Below are positions 37,222-47,022 of a DNA stretch of 64,000 bases, piece after piece; the first letter of the stretch is position 1; every line of letters starts with the position of its first letter. The stretch is from Actinomycetota bacterium (GTDB lineage: Bacteria; Actinomycetota; Acidimicrobiia; Acidimicrobiales; SZUA-35). A program made the position numbers and the translations under genes. The stretch spans positions 7,738 through 71,737 of the forward strand of contig JBCCRO010000021.1 of assembly GCA_039201605.1 (NCBI GenBank), in the 5' to 3' direction. The notes beneath the pieces were generated by a model. It was not told the origin of the DNA and did not search any database. It saw nothing but the letters and a program-made list of their open reading frames with translations.

Positions 37222-38217
37222 CTATCCCATCTTTTCCTCGCCGGGTGGCAGTTCCCGAACAACGTCACGCGGGTCGTGGTCGGTGCGTAGTCCGAGGTAG
37301 ACGGGGTGGCGGATGTTGCCGGTCTCGGGCCATTCGCCGTAGCCGACCTCGACCACCCGCTCGGGCTCCACCCACCGGGGAGGACGGTCGACCTCGGGCA
37401 CGGGATCGAAGGGGCAGTCATCGGTCGGGGTCAGGACGGCCTGCAGGCGGTGGCGGTCGCCGTCGGTCAGGCCGCTGCCCACCGCCCCGGCGCACACGAA
37501 CCGGCCGTCGTGGTGGACGCCGATCAGGAGCGAGCCGATGGAGCCGGTCAACGCCCCCTGGCCGGGAAGCCATCCCCCGACCACGAACTCCTGCTGCCGA
37601 CGGACCTTGATCTTGATCCACTGCTTCGATCGGGCGCCCGGCTCGTAGCGACTGTCGAGCCGCTTGGCCACGACGCCCTCCAACCCCCGCTCCCGGGCCA
37701 GGTCGACGAGGGCCTGGCCCGAACCGGTCGAGGCCGGCGGCACCCGCCACGCCGGGCCGTCGTCCACCAGTTCGGTGAGGAGACGGCGGCGGGTCTCGTA
37801 GGGGAGATCGAGGAGGGAGTTGCCGTCGAGGGCCAGGAGGTCGAAGACGATGAACACGACCGGGTGGGTGGTGACCAGGGTCGGGAGCGGATCGGTGACG
37901 TGCATCCGGTGCTGCAGCCGGGGGAAGGACGGGCGGTCGCCGTCGAACACCACCACCTCCCCGTCGAGGACGGCGCTTGTGGATACTGCGTCACGCAGGG
38001 TGGCCAGCTCCGGATAGTGGCTGGTCACATCCCGCGCCGATATCGATCGGAGGGTGAGCGGACGATGTTCGTCGGACGGATGGGTGGTGGCCTGGAGTCG
38101 AACGCCGTCCCACTTGAGCTCGAAGGCCCACCCGTCTCCGGCCGGCAGCGTTCCGAGCGCCGCCTTCATCGGAGCGACCCAACCCGGGGTGCTTCCGGGA
38201 GCAAGCGACGCGTTCAC
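37222..38217 (-). CDS. ATP-dependent DNA ligase, LigD ligase-domain type
   Basis: ELKWDGVR, LDGEVV, FDLL, EGVVAKR, WIKIK and RHPVYLGLRTD; start uncertain (38217 or 38169). Confidence 0.9.
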   Translation of the reverse strand: MNASLAPGSTPGWVAPMKAALGTLPAGDGWAFELKWDGVRLQATTHPSDEHRPLTLRSISARDVTSHYPELATLRDAVSTSAVLDGEVVVFDGDRPSFPRLQHRMHVTDPLPTLVTTHPVVFIVFDLLALDGNSLLDLPYETRRRLLTELVDDGPAWRVPPASTGSGQALVDLARERGLEGVVAKRLDSRYEPGARSKQWIKIKVRRQQEFVVGGWLPGQGALTGSIGSLLIGVHHDGRFVCAGAVGSGLTDGDRHRLQAVLTPTDDCPFDPVPEVDRPPRWVEPERVVEVGYGEWPETGNIRHPVYLGLRTDHDPRDVVRELPPGEEKMG

Positions 38218-38251
38218 TGGATTAAGGCTAGAGGTGACTTTTGACAAGGGG

Positions 38252-38282
38252 TTGACTCTCCCTACCGACCGGTCGGTAGGCT
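38252..38282 (+). promoter_or_regulatory. leaderless promoter with a perfect 20-bp palindromic operator
   Basis: TTGACT...CCTACCGACCGGTCGGTAGG overlapping the -10 TAGGCT, 7 nt before the GTG start. Confidence 0.75.
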
Positions 38283-38289
38283 GGGGGTC

Positions 38290-39252
38290 GTGGTACTCGA
38301 CGCTGACACCTCCCTCCTCGCCGAGCTCGAACCCGAGGCCGAACGTTTGCTCGAACGGCACCTCTCGGCTGTCAAGAACTGGCACCCGCACACCTATGTG
38401 CCCTACTCCCGGGGGGAGGACTTCCCGCCCGACTACGAATGGCAACCTTCCGAGTCCGCGATGCCCGACGACGTCAGAAGCGCGCTCTACGTGAACCTGC
38501 TGACCGAGGACAACCTGCCGTACTACTTCCGCGACATCGAGCGGATGTTCGGCAAGGACGGCGCCTGGGGTGAGTGGGTCCGCCGGTGGACGGCCGAGGA
38601 AGGCCGCCACTCGATCGTGATCCGCGACTACCTCACCGTCACCCGGGCCATCGACCCCCTCGCCCTCGAAGAGGGGCGGATGGCGCAGATGAGCGGCGGT
38701 CAGGTGCCGGAGCCGCCGACGGCGGCCGACGGCCTGATCTATGTGACGCTGCAGGAGCTCGCCACCCGGATCTCCCATCGCAACACCGGGACCAAGATCC
38801 GCAACGTCGACGAGGTCGGCTCCAGGATCATGAACCGGGTGGCGCAGGACGAGAACCTGCACTTCCTCTTCTACCGGGACGTGGCCAGCGCCATCATCGA
38901 GGTCGATCCGAGTCAGGCCGTCGAGGCGATGGAGCGTCAGATCTGCGGCTTCACCATGCCGGGCGACGGCATCCCCGGTTTCAAGGAGCACGCCAAGCTC
39001 ATCGCCAACGCCGGTATCTACGATCTGGCCGCCCACTACACCCAGATCCTCAAGCCGATCGTGCTCACCCACTGGAAGCTGCCCGACCTCACCGGCCTGA
39101 CCGCCGAGGCCGAGGCCGCCCGGGATCGGACGATGAGGTACATCGAGAAGTCGAGGAAGGTGGCCGAAAGGCTGACCGACCGGCGCAAGTCCCGGGAGGA
39201 AGCCCGGGCCCAGGCCGAGGCCGAAGGCAAGCCGGTCGCCGTCAACGCCTGA
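38290..39252 (+). CDS. acyl-ACP desaturase (DesA1-like di-iron enzyme)
   Basis: NLLTEDNLP, WTAEEGRH, QELATRISHRNTG and DENLH. Confidence 0.92.
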   Translation: MVLDADTSLLAELEPEAERLLERHLSAVKNWHPHTYVPYSRGEDFPPDYEWQPSESAMPDDVRSALYVNLLTEDNLPYYFRDIERMFGKDGAWGEWVRRWTAEEGRHSIVIRDYLTVTRAIDPLALEEGRMAQMSGGQVPEPPTAADGLIYVTLQELATRISHRNTGTKIRNVDEVGSRIMNRVAQDENLHFLFYRDVASAIIEVDPSQAVEAMERQICGFTMPGDGIPGFKEHAKLIANAGIYDLAAHYTQILKPIVLTHWKLPDLTGLTAEAEAARDRTMRYIEKSRKVAERLTDRRKSREEARAQAEAEGKPVAVNA

Positions 39253-39298
39253 TCCACGGCGCAACCCGGCCCCACGGTGGGCACTAGGGTCGTCATCG

Positions 39299-40507
39299 AT
39301 GCCAGTCACCCCTGACGACGTGGCCCGCGCCGCCTCGGTCATCGCCGACGACGTGGTGCGCACGCCCACGCAGACCTCGAGCACGCTCTCGGACCTGACC
39401 GGGGCCGAGATCGTGGTCAAGTTCGAGAACCTGCAGTTCACGGGCTCGTTCAAGGATCGGGGCGCCGCCAACCACCTCCGCTCGCTCGGGGCCGACGGCA
39501 TCGCCCGGGGCGTCGTGGCGATGTCGGCCGGCAACCACGCCCAGGGCGTGGCCTACCACGCCGCCCGCCTCGGTACCGAGGCCGTGATCGTCATGCCGGA
39601 ATCGGCGCCGTTCAGCAAGGTCACCAACACCGGGTCCCTCGGGGCCAGGGTGGTGCAGGCCGGCTCCAACCTGGCCGAGTGTCGGATGGAGCTGGAGCTC
39701 CTCCAGGCGGCCCACGGGTACCACTTCGTGCCGCCCTACGACGACGCCGCCGTGATCGCCGGCCAGGGCACCGTCGCCCTCGAGATGCTGGAGGACCGGC
39801 GCGATCTCGACGTCCTGGTCGTGCCCTTCGGCGGCGGGGGCCTGCTGTCGGGGATGGCCTTGGCGGCCAAGGCGGTCCGGCCCGACATCGAGATCATCGG
39901 CGTGCAGGTCGGGGCCTACCCCCAGGCCGCCTCCCGCTTCCATGGGCGCCCCATCGAGCCCGAGCCCACCGAGACCGTGGCCGACGGCATCGCGGTGAAG
40001 GGCCTGGGCGATCTGACGACCCCGATCGTGGCCGACCTCGTCGACGATGTGATCGTGGTGTCCGAGCGCGACACCGAGCGGGCGATCGCCCTCTATGCCG
40101 AGATCGAGAAGACGGTGGCCGAGGGGGCCGGGGCGGTGCCGCTGGCTGCGGTGTTGGCCGATAGGCAGCGGTTCGCCGGTCGGAAGGTCGGCCTCGTCCT
40201 CTCGGGGGGCAACATCGACAGCCGCATTCTGGCCTCGGTGCTCACCCGGGCTCTCGTCCGCACCGATCGGGTCTCGGCCCTGCGGATCACGGTGTCCGAC
40301 CTCCCGGGCCAGCTGGCCCCGATCGTCGAGACCATCGCCGGTCGGGGGGCCAACGTCATCGAGATCGAGCACCGGCGCACCTTCGACGACATCTCGGTCC
40401 GCACCGTCAACATCGACCTGGTGATCGAGACCCGCGATCCGGCCCACCGCGACGCCGTGGTGGCCGACCTGGCCGCCCTGGGCCACACCGTCGACGTCGT
40501 GGCCTGA
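39299..40507 (+). CDS. ilvA: threonine ammonia-lyase with C-terminal ACT domain
   Basis: ENLQFTGSFKDRGA, SAGNHAQG, GGGGL and LSGGNID. Confidence 0.9.
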   Translation: MPVTPDDVARAASVIADDVVRTPTQTSSTLSDLTGAEIVVKFENLQFTGSFKDRGAANHLRSLGADGIARGVVAMSAGNHAQGVAYHAARLGTEAVIVMPESAPFSKVTNTGSLGARVVQAGSNLAECRMELELLQAAHGYHFVPPYDDAAVIAGQGTVALEMLEDRRDLDVLVVPFGGGGLLSGMALAAKAVRPDIEIIGVQVGAYPQAASRFHGRPIEPEPTETVADGIAVKGLGDLTTPIVADLVDDVIVVSERDTERAIALYAEIEKTVAEGAGAVPLAAVLADRQRFAGRKVGLVLSGGNIDSRILASVLTRALVRTDRVSALRITVSDLPGQLAPIVETIAGRGANVIEIEHRRTFDDISVRTVNIDLVIETRDPAHRDAVVADLAALGHTVDVVA

Positions 40508-40562
40508 AGCGGGCCGAGCGGGCCACCGGCGGGTTCCTGCCGCTCCGTCGCCCGACCGGGCA

Positions 40563-41369
40563 ATGGACACCGACGGCGACGGTGGGCCACGATCGCAGGC
40601 GATGGACGACGACTCGCCCGACGCGCCCGATGCCGCCGAAGGCGCCCCCTCTGCGGGCGGCGCCGCACGGGCGGCGGCCGATGGCGGCGAGGCATCGACC
40701 GAGGGCCCCTCACCCCTCGACGGGCTGGGCGTCCTCGCCATGGAGACCGTCGCCGTCGACGACGACCTCGATCACCTCGAGCTCTACACCACCGGTGGTC
40801 TGCTGACCCTGCTGTGGCACGGCGGCGCCGATCTCGACGCCGTCGTGGTGTGCCTCGGGGGCGCCATGGGCGGCCTGCTCGGTCCCGATGGCGGCCTGTT
40901 CCACCGGCTGGGTCGGGCGCTACCCGAGCGGGGCATCGGGGTGCTGCGGGTCTCGTATCGCCGCCCCAACGACCTCGGGGCCTGCATCCACGACGCCCTG
41001 GCCGCCATGGAGCTGGCCGCCCGTCACGGCGCCCACCGGTTCGTCACCGTCGGTCACTCCTTCGGTGGCGCCGTCGCCATCCAGGCCGCCGCCCACCTCG
41101 ACGTGCGGTCGGTACCCGGGGTGGTCACCCTGGCCACCCAGTCCGCAGGATGCGAGGCGGTCGAGACATTGACCGACCGCGACCTGCTCTTCCTGCACGG
41201 CACCAACGACCAGATCCTGCCCCACCACGCCAGCGAGCTGGTGCGGATGCTGGCCGGCCATGGCGAACTAGAACTCCTGGACGGAGCCGACCATCTCCTG
41301 CGGCCGATGGGATCGACGGTGCTGGCGCGCCTACTCGACCATCTGCCGTCGGTGGTGGACCCCGCCTGA
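40563..41369 (+). CDS. alpha/beta hydrolase
   Basis: GHSFGG nucleophile elbow, HGTNDQILP and GADH. Confidence 0.8.
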   Translation: MDTDGDGGPRSQAMDDDSPDAPDAAEGAPSAGGAARAAADGGEASTEGPSPLDGLGVLAMETVAVDDDLDHLELYTTGGLLTLLWHGGADLDAVVVCLGGAMGGLLGPDGGLFHRLGRALPERGIGVLRVSYRRPNDLGACIHDALAAMELAARHGAHRFVTVGHSFGGAVAIQAAAHLDVRSVPGVVTLATQSAGCEAVETLTDRDLLFLHGTNDQILPHHASELVRMLAGHGELELLDGADHLLRPMGSTVLARLLDHLPSVVDPA

Positions 41370-41394
41370 TCGGCGGGTCGGGGGAGCGGGTGGC

Positions 41395-41565
41395 TCAGGC
41401 CGCCTTCGGGGTGGCCAGCTCCTCGGCCTCGGCCGCCGTGGTGCCGAACTCGGCCACGAGGGCCTCTTGGATCTCGGCCTCGGTCAAACCCTGTTCTCGC
41501 AAATAGACGGCAGCTCGGCGGGCGAAATCATCTTCGAAACCGTCGGCGTTGGTGGATCCCGTCAT
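41395..41565 (-). CDS. small acidic hypothetical protein (56 aa)
   Basis: AAGGAG RBS; MTGSTNADGFEDDFARRAAVYLREQGLTEAEIQEAL... Confidence 0.55.
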   Translation of the reverse strand: MTGSTNADGFEDDFARRAAVYLREQGLTEAEIQEALVAEFGTTAAEAEELATPKAA

Positions 41566-41797
41566 GTCATTGCTCCTTTGCAATCTGCGAGCGGGTGGGC
41601 TGGATCTCTCTCCACTTGTACTGGCTTGAAGCGTTGCGTGTACAGCGGGAAGACCGGTCGTAACACCTTTGCCATGGCGGGCGTCGCCAAACTGTTGTGG
41701 ACGGCGATAACCCAACGGGCGACTGGCTTGTCGTTGGGCATCGATACCTTGAGGAGGCTTGCCCGGGTGTCGCTGGGTAGGGCTGCTTGTCCCTTCT

Positions 41798-42853
41798 TCA
41801 GGACGAAATCAGGGTCACCTCATAGAGCACCGGCCACTCCTTACCCGTGAGCCAAAAGGTGCCCCGTTCCGGGTGGTACGCAATGCCATTCAGCACCTCC
41901 CGATTGGTGTCCTCGTACCCCTCCGGAACGAGCGAACTGGCATCAATGACGGCGTCGATCTCGCCGGTCTCGGTATTGATGACGACGATGGCGTTGGTCT
42001 GCCACACGTTGGCCAGAACCTGGTCGCCGACGCAGGCCAGTTCGTTGAGATCCTCGACCGGTTGCCCGCTGATCGACACCGACACCGATCGGAGGACCTC
42101 GAAGGTGTCGGGCCGTCGGAAGGTGAGGGTGTCGGAGCCGTCGGTCATGGCCAGCGCCTCGCCGTCGTGGCAGAGGCCCCACCCCTCGCCCCGGTAGGCA
42201 CCGAGTCGTCGCTCGGGCTCGGGGGGCGTCGACGTCGTCGGCTCGGCCAGATCGGTGACCAACAGCGTCTCGCTCTGCCAGGTGAGCTGCAGGGCCTGGC
42301 CGTCGACGACGGTGACCCCCTCGGCGAACAAGTCCTCCTCGGCCAGATCCAGCCGCCAGAAGTCGGCCCCGGTCTCGGGGTCGAACAGGCGAAGGCTGGA
42401 GGCGTCCCACCCGCCGCCGCTCTCGAGCAGGGCGTCGTCGACGAACTCGAGGCCCTGGGTGAAGACCGTCGTGTCGTGCGGGTACTCGGCCACCACCTGC
42501 GGCACGTAGTTGCCGGCCAGGGGCTCGGGGTCGACCGGTTCGGCAGCCGCCTGCTGCTCCTCGGTCTCCCCGGTCGACTCGGCACCCGTGTCGGTCTCGA
42601 GGTCGTCCCCGGCGGCGCCGCCCTCTCCCGCCGCCACGCCGGTGGGCGGGTCCTCCGCCACCGTCGCTCCGGCGGCGGTCGTCGTGGTGGCGATGGTGAG
42701 GGCGGGCGTCGCCCCGTCGTCGCTCGAGCAGGCGGCGATGGTCAACGCCAAAGCCAGGGCGAGTGCTGGGCCGAGCACCGTCGCCGGCGTTGGGCCGACC
42801 GGGCGCCGTCGGGCCGACCGTTCGGCGGCGGCGCTGTTCGGCGAGGGAACCAT
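41798..42853 (-). CDS. glutaminyl-peptide cyclotransferase, lipoprotein
   Basis: Lipobox IAAC; FTQGLEF, EGWGL, LNELAC, ANVWQ, VLNGIAY and TGKEWP; start uncertain. Confidence 0.9.
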   Translation of the reverse strand: MVPSPNSAAAERSARRRPVGPTPATVLGPALALALALTIAACSSDDGATPALTIATTTTAAGATVAEDPPTGVAAGEGGAAGDDLETDTGAESTGETEEQQAAAEPVDPEPLAGNYVPQVVAEYPHDTTVFTQGLEFVDDALLESGGGWDASSLRLFDPETGADFWRLDLAEEDLFAEGVTVVDGQALQLTWQSETLLVTDLAEPTTSTPPEPERRLGAYRGEGWGLCHDGEALAMTDGSDTLTFRRPDTFEVLRSVSVSISGQPVEDLNELACVGDQVLANVWQTNAIVVINTETGEIDAVIDASSLVPEGYEDTNREVLNGIAYHPERGTFWLTGKEWPVLYEVTLISS

Positions 42854-42971
42854 GGGGGCCGACGGTAGTGGGCGGGTGGCGGGGTGAGGGCTCGCCGTCG
42901 GCGTCGGGGCGGACCGAACGCTGGTTCCCATCTCGCCAAGCCGCATAGGGTGTCACGGGGAAAGGGGGCCC

Positions 42972-44204
42972 ATGACCGCAACCAGTCCAGTCGACGCTGC
43001 CGACGCCCGTCCGGCGTTCGACGCCGCATCGCTCCTGGCCGACGCCGGCGATCTGTTGGCCGACGTCGTCGCCCTCCGCCGCCGCATTCACGCCGAGCCC
43101 GAGGTGGGGCTGTTCCTCCCCCGCACGCAGGCCCAGGTGCTCGACGCCCTGGCCGACCTCGATCTCGACATCGCCGTCGGCGACACCGTCAGCTCCGTGG
43201 TCGCCACCATGGTTGGTGACGCCGAAGGGCCCACCATCCTCCTGCGGGCCGACATGGACGCCCTCCCGATGCCCGAGGACACGGGGCTGGAGTTCGCCAG
43301 CGTCAACGAGGGGGTCATGCACGCCTGCGGTCACGACGCCCACGTGGCCATGCTGTACGGCGCCGCCCGGTTGCTGGCCGCCCGCCGCTCGGAGCTGCGG
43401 GGCACGGTGAAGTTCTTCTTCCAGCCCGGCGAGGAGGGTTACGCCGGGGCCAAGACGTGCATCGAGGAGGGCCTGCTCACCTCACCCGACGTCGACAGTG
43501 CCTTCGCCCTCCACATCTCGCCCAACCTGCCGAGCGGCGCCCTCACCACCCGGCCGGGCTCGCTGATGGCCTCGGCCGACGAACTGCGCATCGAGGTCCG
43601 GGGCAGGGGCGGCCACGCCTCCGCCCCCCATCGGGCCGTCGACCCGGTGCCGGTGGTGGCCGAGATCATCCTCGCCCTCCAGGCCCACGTCACCCGGTCG
43701 GTCGATGTCTTCGATCCGGCCGTCCTGACGGTGGCCACGGTCCATGCCGGCACCGCGGGCAACGTCATCCCCGAGACGGCGGAGTTGACGGGCACGATCC
43801 GGGCCGTGTCGGAGATCAGCCGTCGTCAGTTGCACGGTGGTCTCCACCGGGTGGCCCATCACGTGGCCGCCGCCCACGACTGCGAGGCCACCGTCGACAT
43901 CGCCGAGGGCTATCCGGTCACGGTCAACGACGGCGGGTTCGTCGACTTCGCCACCGCCGTGATGGGCGACCTGATCGGCGCCGACCGGGTGCGTCGCATG
44001 CCGTACCCGATCATGGGAGCCGAGGACTTCAGCTACATCCTCCGGGAGGTGCCGGGATGCATGGCCTTCCTCGGCGTGTGTCCTCCCGGCACCCACCCCC
44101 AGGAGGCGGCGGCCTGCCACTCCAACCGGATGGTGCTCGACGAGGGGGCGATGACCACCGGCATGGCGACCCACGCCGCCGTGGCGTTGTCGTACCTGGC
44201 CTGA
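42972..44204 (+). CDS. M20D amidohydrolase
   Basis: LRADMDALP, MHACGHDAH, FQPGEE, GGHAS and AEDFS. Confidence 0.92.
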   Translation: MTATSPVDAADARPAFDAASLLADAGDLLADVVALRRRIHAEPEVGLFLPRTQAQVLDALADLDLDIAVGDTVSSVVATMVGDAEGPTILLRADMDALPMPEDTGLEFASVNEGVMHACGHDAHVAMLYGAARLLAARRSELRGTVKFFFQPGEEGYAGAKTCIEEGLLTSPDVDSAFALHISPNLPSGALTTRPGSLMASADELRIEVRGRGGHASAPHRAVDPVPVVAEIILALQAHVTRSVDVFDPAVLTVATVHAGTAGNVIPETAELTGTIRAVSEISRRQLHGGLHRVAHHVAAAHDCEATVDIAEGYPVTVNDGGFVDFATAVMGDLIGADRVRRMPYPIMGAEDFSYILREVPGCMAFLGVCPPGTHPQEAAACHSNRMVLDEGAMTTGMATHAAVALSYLA

Positions 44205-44236
44205 GTGGGGGCGGCCGGCGGCCCGTCCGCGTCGGC

Positions 44237-44695
44237 TCAGGCGTAGCCGAGCGGAAGCGAGGTGGTGTTCTTCATCTCCTCCATGACGAACGTCGAGCGC
44301 ACGTCGTAGAGGTCGACCTCCTCGATGAGCCGCTGGTAGAAGGCGTCGTAGGCGGCGATGTCGGGCACCCGGACCTTCAGCAGGTAGTCGACCTCACCGC
44401 TGGTGCGGAACGCCTCGACCACCTCGTCGAACCGCTCGATGCCGGCCACGAACCGGGCGAGCCACTCCCGGTTGTGCTGGTTGGTGCGGACGAGGACGAG
44501 GGCGGTGACCCCGAGGTTGACGGCCTCGGGGGCGACGAGGGCCACCCGACCCGTGATCACGCCGCTGTCCTCCAGGTTGCGGATGCGGCGCCAGCACGGC
44601 GTGGCGCTCAGCCCGACCGCTTCGCCGATCTCCCGGACCGACAGCGTCGCGTCGCGTTGCAGCAATAGGAGGATTTGTCGATCAACTTCGTCCAC
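44237..44695 (-). CDS. Lrp/AsnC regulator, DecR(YbaO)-like
   Basis: TPCWRRI, RTNQHNREW, YDAFYQRL and KNTTSLPL. Confidence 0.88.
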   Translation of the reverse strand: MDEVDRQILLLLQRDATLSVREIGEAVGLSATPCWRRIRNLEDSGVITGRVALVAPEAVNLGVTALVLVRTNQHNREWLARFVAGIERFDEVVEAFRTSGEVDYLLKVRVPDIAAYDAFYQRLIEEVDLYDVRSTFVMEEMKNTTSLPLGYA

Positions 44696-44808
44696 AATAG
44701 AACGTTATCGCGTTTGAAGATGCAGGAACGGATCGATCATCTACTATCGACCGCTGGGCGGGCAATGATCGACCGGATCGTTCCGGCGGTTTTTCGTACG
44801 ATGGACAT

Positions 44809-45078
44809 ATGGGGATCAGGAACCGCTTCACCGACCATCCCGCCCAGGTGGGCGAGACCTACTTCGAGCACCAGAAGGTGGCGCTGCGCTACAGCCGTCA
44901 GCTGTTCGTGGCCTCGATGCAGGCCGCCGTGCACTCGGTGTTGCCGTGGTGCTGTTGCACCTCGGCCAGCGACCGCATCCACGAGATGCACGGTGAGATC
45001 ACGGCCGGGGCCCGAGGCCGGCTGGCCCAGGGTGCGCCACATTCGGCGAACGATCCCGCCACCGCCGTCACCGTCTAG
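44809..45078 (+). CDS. DUF6356-like small protein
   Basis: FTDHPAQVGETYFEH...VHSVLPW...TSAS. Confidence 0.7.
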   Translation: MGIRNRFTDHPAQVGETYFEHQKVALRYSRQLFVASMQAAVHSVLPWCCCTSASDRIHEMHGEITAGARGRLAQGAPHSANDPATAVTV

Positions 45079-45152
45079 AGCACGTCATCGACGCCGGGGC
45101 GTCGGCCTGTCGTGGCGGTGCCGAGCCCGGGCCGGATTCGGCCCCGAGGGGC

Positions 45153-45551
45153 TCAGCCGCCGGTGAGGCGGGCCTTGGCCGCCCGGCTGCGCTCAAGCAG
45201 GTGGGCGGGCACGATGGCCTCCCAGCCCGATCCGCCACCGTCGCCGTCACCGCTGGTGACCTCGGCCGACGCAGCCGCCTCGGCCTCCTCGGCGCTGAGC
45301 AGGGCCGCCTGCTCCCGGTCGATCTCGCGCTGGTGCCACTCCTCGACCTGGGACGGGCGCACCAGCTCGGCGTGGGATACCTGACCTCGCACCGTCCCGT
45401 CGGCGAAACGGATCCAGTACCGACGCCAGGTGCCGAGGCCGTTGGCCAGCTTGACCTTGCCGGCGGTGCCCTCGGGGATGTTGTCGATGGCGACCGTCGT
45501 CTGCACCTTCTCGCCCTTGCGGAACGGCGTGTCGAGTGTCTTGGTGGCCAT
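45153..45551 (-). CDS. hypothetical protein with SH3-like N-terminus
   Basis: FRKGEKV...IPEGTAGKVKL...YWIRF beta-strand pattern; GGAG RBS. Confidence 0.65.
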   Translation of the reverse strand: MATKTLDTPFRKGEKVQTTVAIDNIPEGTAGKVKLANGLGTWRRYWIRFADGTVRGQVSHAELVRPSQVEEWHQREIDREQAALLSAEEAEAAASAEVTSGDGDGGGSGWEAIVPAHLLERSRAAKARLTGG

Positions 45552-45730
45552 CAGCGTCGTCTGCTCCCGTAGTCGGACCCACTCGTGATCTTCTCGACCG
45601 ACGAGCCCGGTCCCTCAAGTTATCGCCTCGGAGGAGATCGTGATCATTCCGCGGCGGGACTCTCCCGCCGGGACCGGCCACGGTAGGTGGCTTGCGGATC
45701 GCCGGCGGTCGGGCTGGTGTTCGATCCGGA

Positions 45731-46315
45731 TCAGGTGGGGGCCTGACCGCCGCAGGCCCGCCACACGAAGCGGGCGGTGCGGGAGGGCCAGGTGCGGGGG
45801 ATGCGGTCATCGGCCAGGGCCAGGGCGTAGAGGGCACCGGTGCAGGCGGCGACGGCGGTGTCGACATCGGCGTCGGCCGCCAGCAGGTCGGCGTCGACCC
45901 CTCGTCGCAGCACCCGGCGCAGTCGCCTGCGTCGGGGGGACACCACCCGCGACCGGTACAGATCGGCCAGGTCGGGATCGGTCCCCGATTGGAGCATGGA
46001 GCCAACCATCGAGATGCCGTTTGGGCGGATCACCCCGGCGTGGAAGGCGGTCAGTTCGGCCAGGAGGTCGACGAAGGGGTCGTCGGTCGCAGCCGGCTCA
46101 CCGGCGGCCGCCAGCTGGGCGATGGTGGCGGTGGCCAGATCGGCCTTGCTCGGCCAGCGGCGGTAGAGGGCCTGTCGGGTCGTCCCCGCCTCCTCGGCCA
46201 CGGCCACCAGCGACATCGCCTCGTAGCCGTGGGTGGCGAGGTGGCGCCCGGCGGCGGCCAGGATGGCGCCGTCGATCGAGGCATCGCGAGGTCGGCCCGG
46301 CTGCGTCGGTGGCAT
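45731..46315 (-). CDS. TetR/AcrR family regulator
   Basis: GRPRDASID...VAEEAGTTRQALYRRWPSKADL. Confidence 0.92.
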   Translation of the reverse strand: MPPTQPGRPRDASIDGAILAAAGRHLATHGYEAMSLVAVAEEAGTTRQALYRRWPSKADLATATIAQLAAAGEPAATDDPFVDLLAELTAFHAGVIRPNGISMVGSMLQSGTDPDLADLYRSRVVSPRRRRLRRVLRRGVDADLLAADADVDTAVAACTGALYALALADDRIPRTWPSRTARFVWRACGGQAPT

Positions 46316-46401
46316 ACGGCCACGCTACTCGATACATTACGGTACAGACCTGTTTTGATATGTTCACCACGGCCGGGATCGGCCGGAGAGGAGAGGGCAC
46401 C

Positions 46402-47022
46402 GTGGCTCACCGCATCGCCGTGATCGGCGCCGGAAACGTCGGGCGGGCGTTGGCTTTCGGCCTGGCCGGGGCCGGACACGACATCGTGGTCGGCGTCCGG
46501 CGGCCTGACGACGCCAAGCACGCCGCCCTGGCCGAGGCCGAGACCGTGGCCCTGTCGCCCACCGGCACGGCGTCGGCCGAGGCCGACGTCATCATCCTGG
46601 CCGTGCCCGCACCATCGCTGGCCGAGTTGGTGTCCACCCTCGGCCTCCGGTCGGGTCAGATCGTCGTCGACGCCACCAACGCCGTCCGCACTCCGGTGCC
46701 CGGTGGCGCCACCACCGTTGCCGACCATGTGGTGGCCCTGGTGCCCGAAGGGGTGGCGGTGGTCAAGGCGTTCAACACCATCGGGGCCGAGCACCTCGGC
46801 GACGGCCGCTTCGAGGAGGGCGAGGCCTTCCTTCCGATCGCCGGTGACGACGAGGGACGGGCCGTGGTCGGGGCCTTGGCCGCCGAGCTCGGGTTCGAGG
46901 TGGCCGACCTCGGTGGTCGGGACGCCTTCGAGCTGGTCGAGGCCCATGCCCGGCTATGGATCCATCTGGCCTTCGCTCGGGGCTGGGGGCGGGGTTTCGG
47001 GTTTAGGGTGGTTGGTCGATGA
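46402..47022 (+). CDS. NADPH-dependent F420 reductase-like Rossmann oxidoreductase
   Basis: IAVIGAGNVG, VDATN, VVKAFNT and IAGDD; GAGGAG RBS. Confidence 0.85.
   Translation: MAHRIAVIGAGNVGRALAFGLAGAGHDIVVGVRRPDDAKHAALAEAETVALSPTGTASAEADVIILAVPAPSLAELVSTLGLRSGQIVVDATNAVRTPVPGGATTVADHVVALVPEGVAVVKAFNTIGAEHLGDGRFEEGEAFLPIAGDDEGRAVVGALAAELGFEVADLGGRDAFELVEAHARLWIHLAFARGWGRGFGFRVVGR

Noticed and set aside
38218-39534. 770-aa extended LigD ORF
   Set aside because: The N-terminal extension is antisense to the desaturase gene; the ligase domain begins near 38217-38169.
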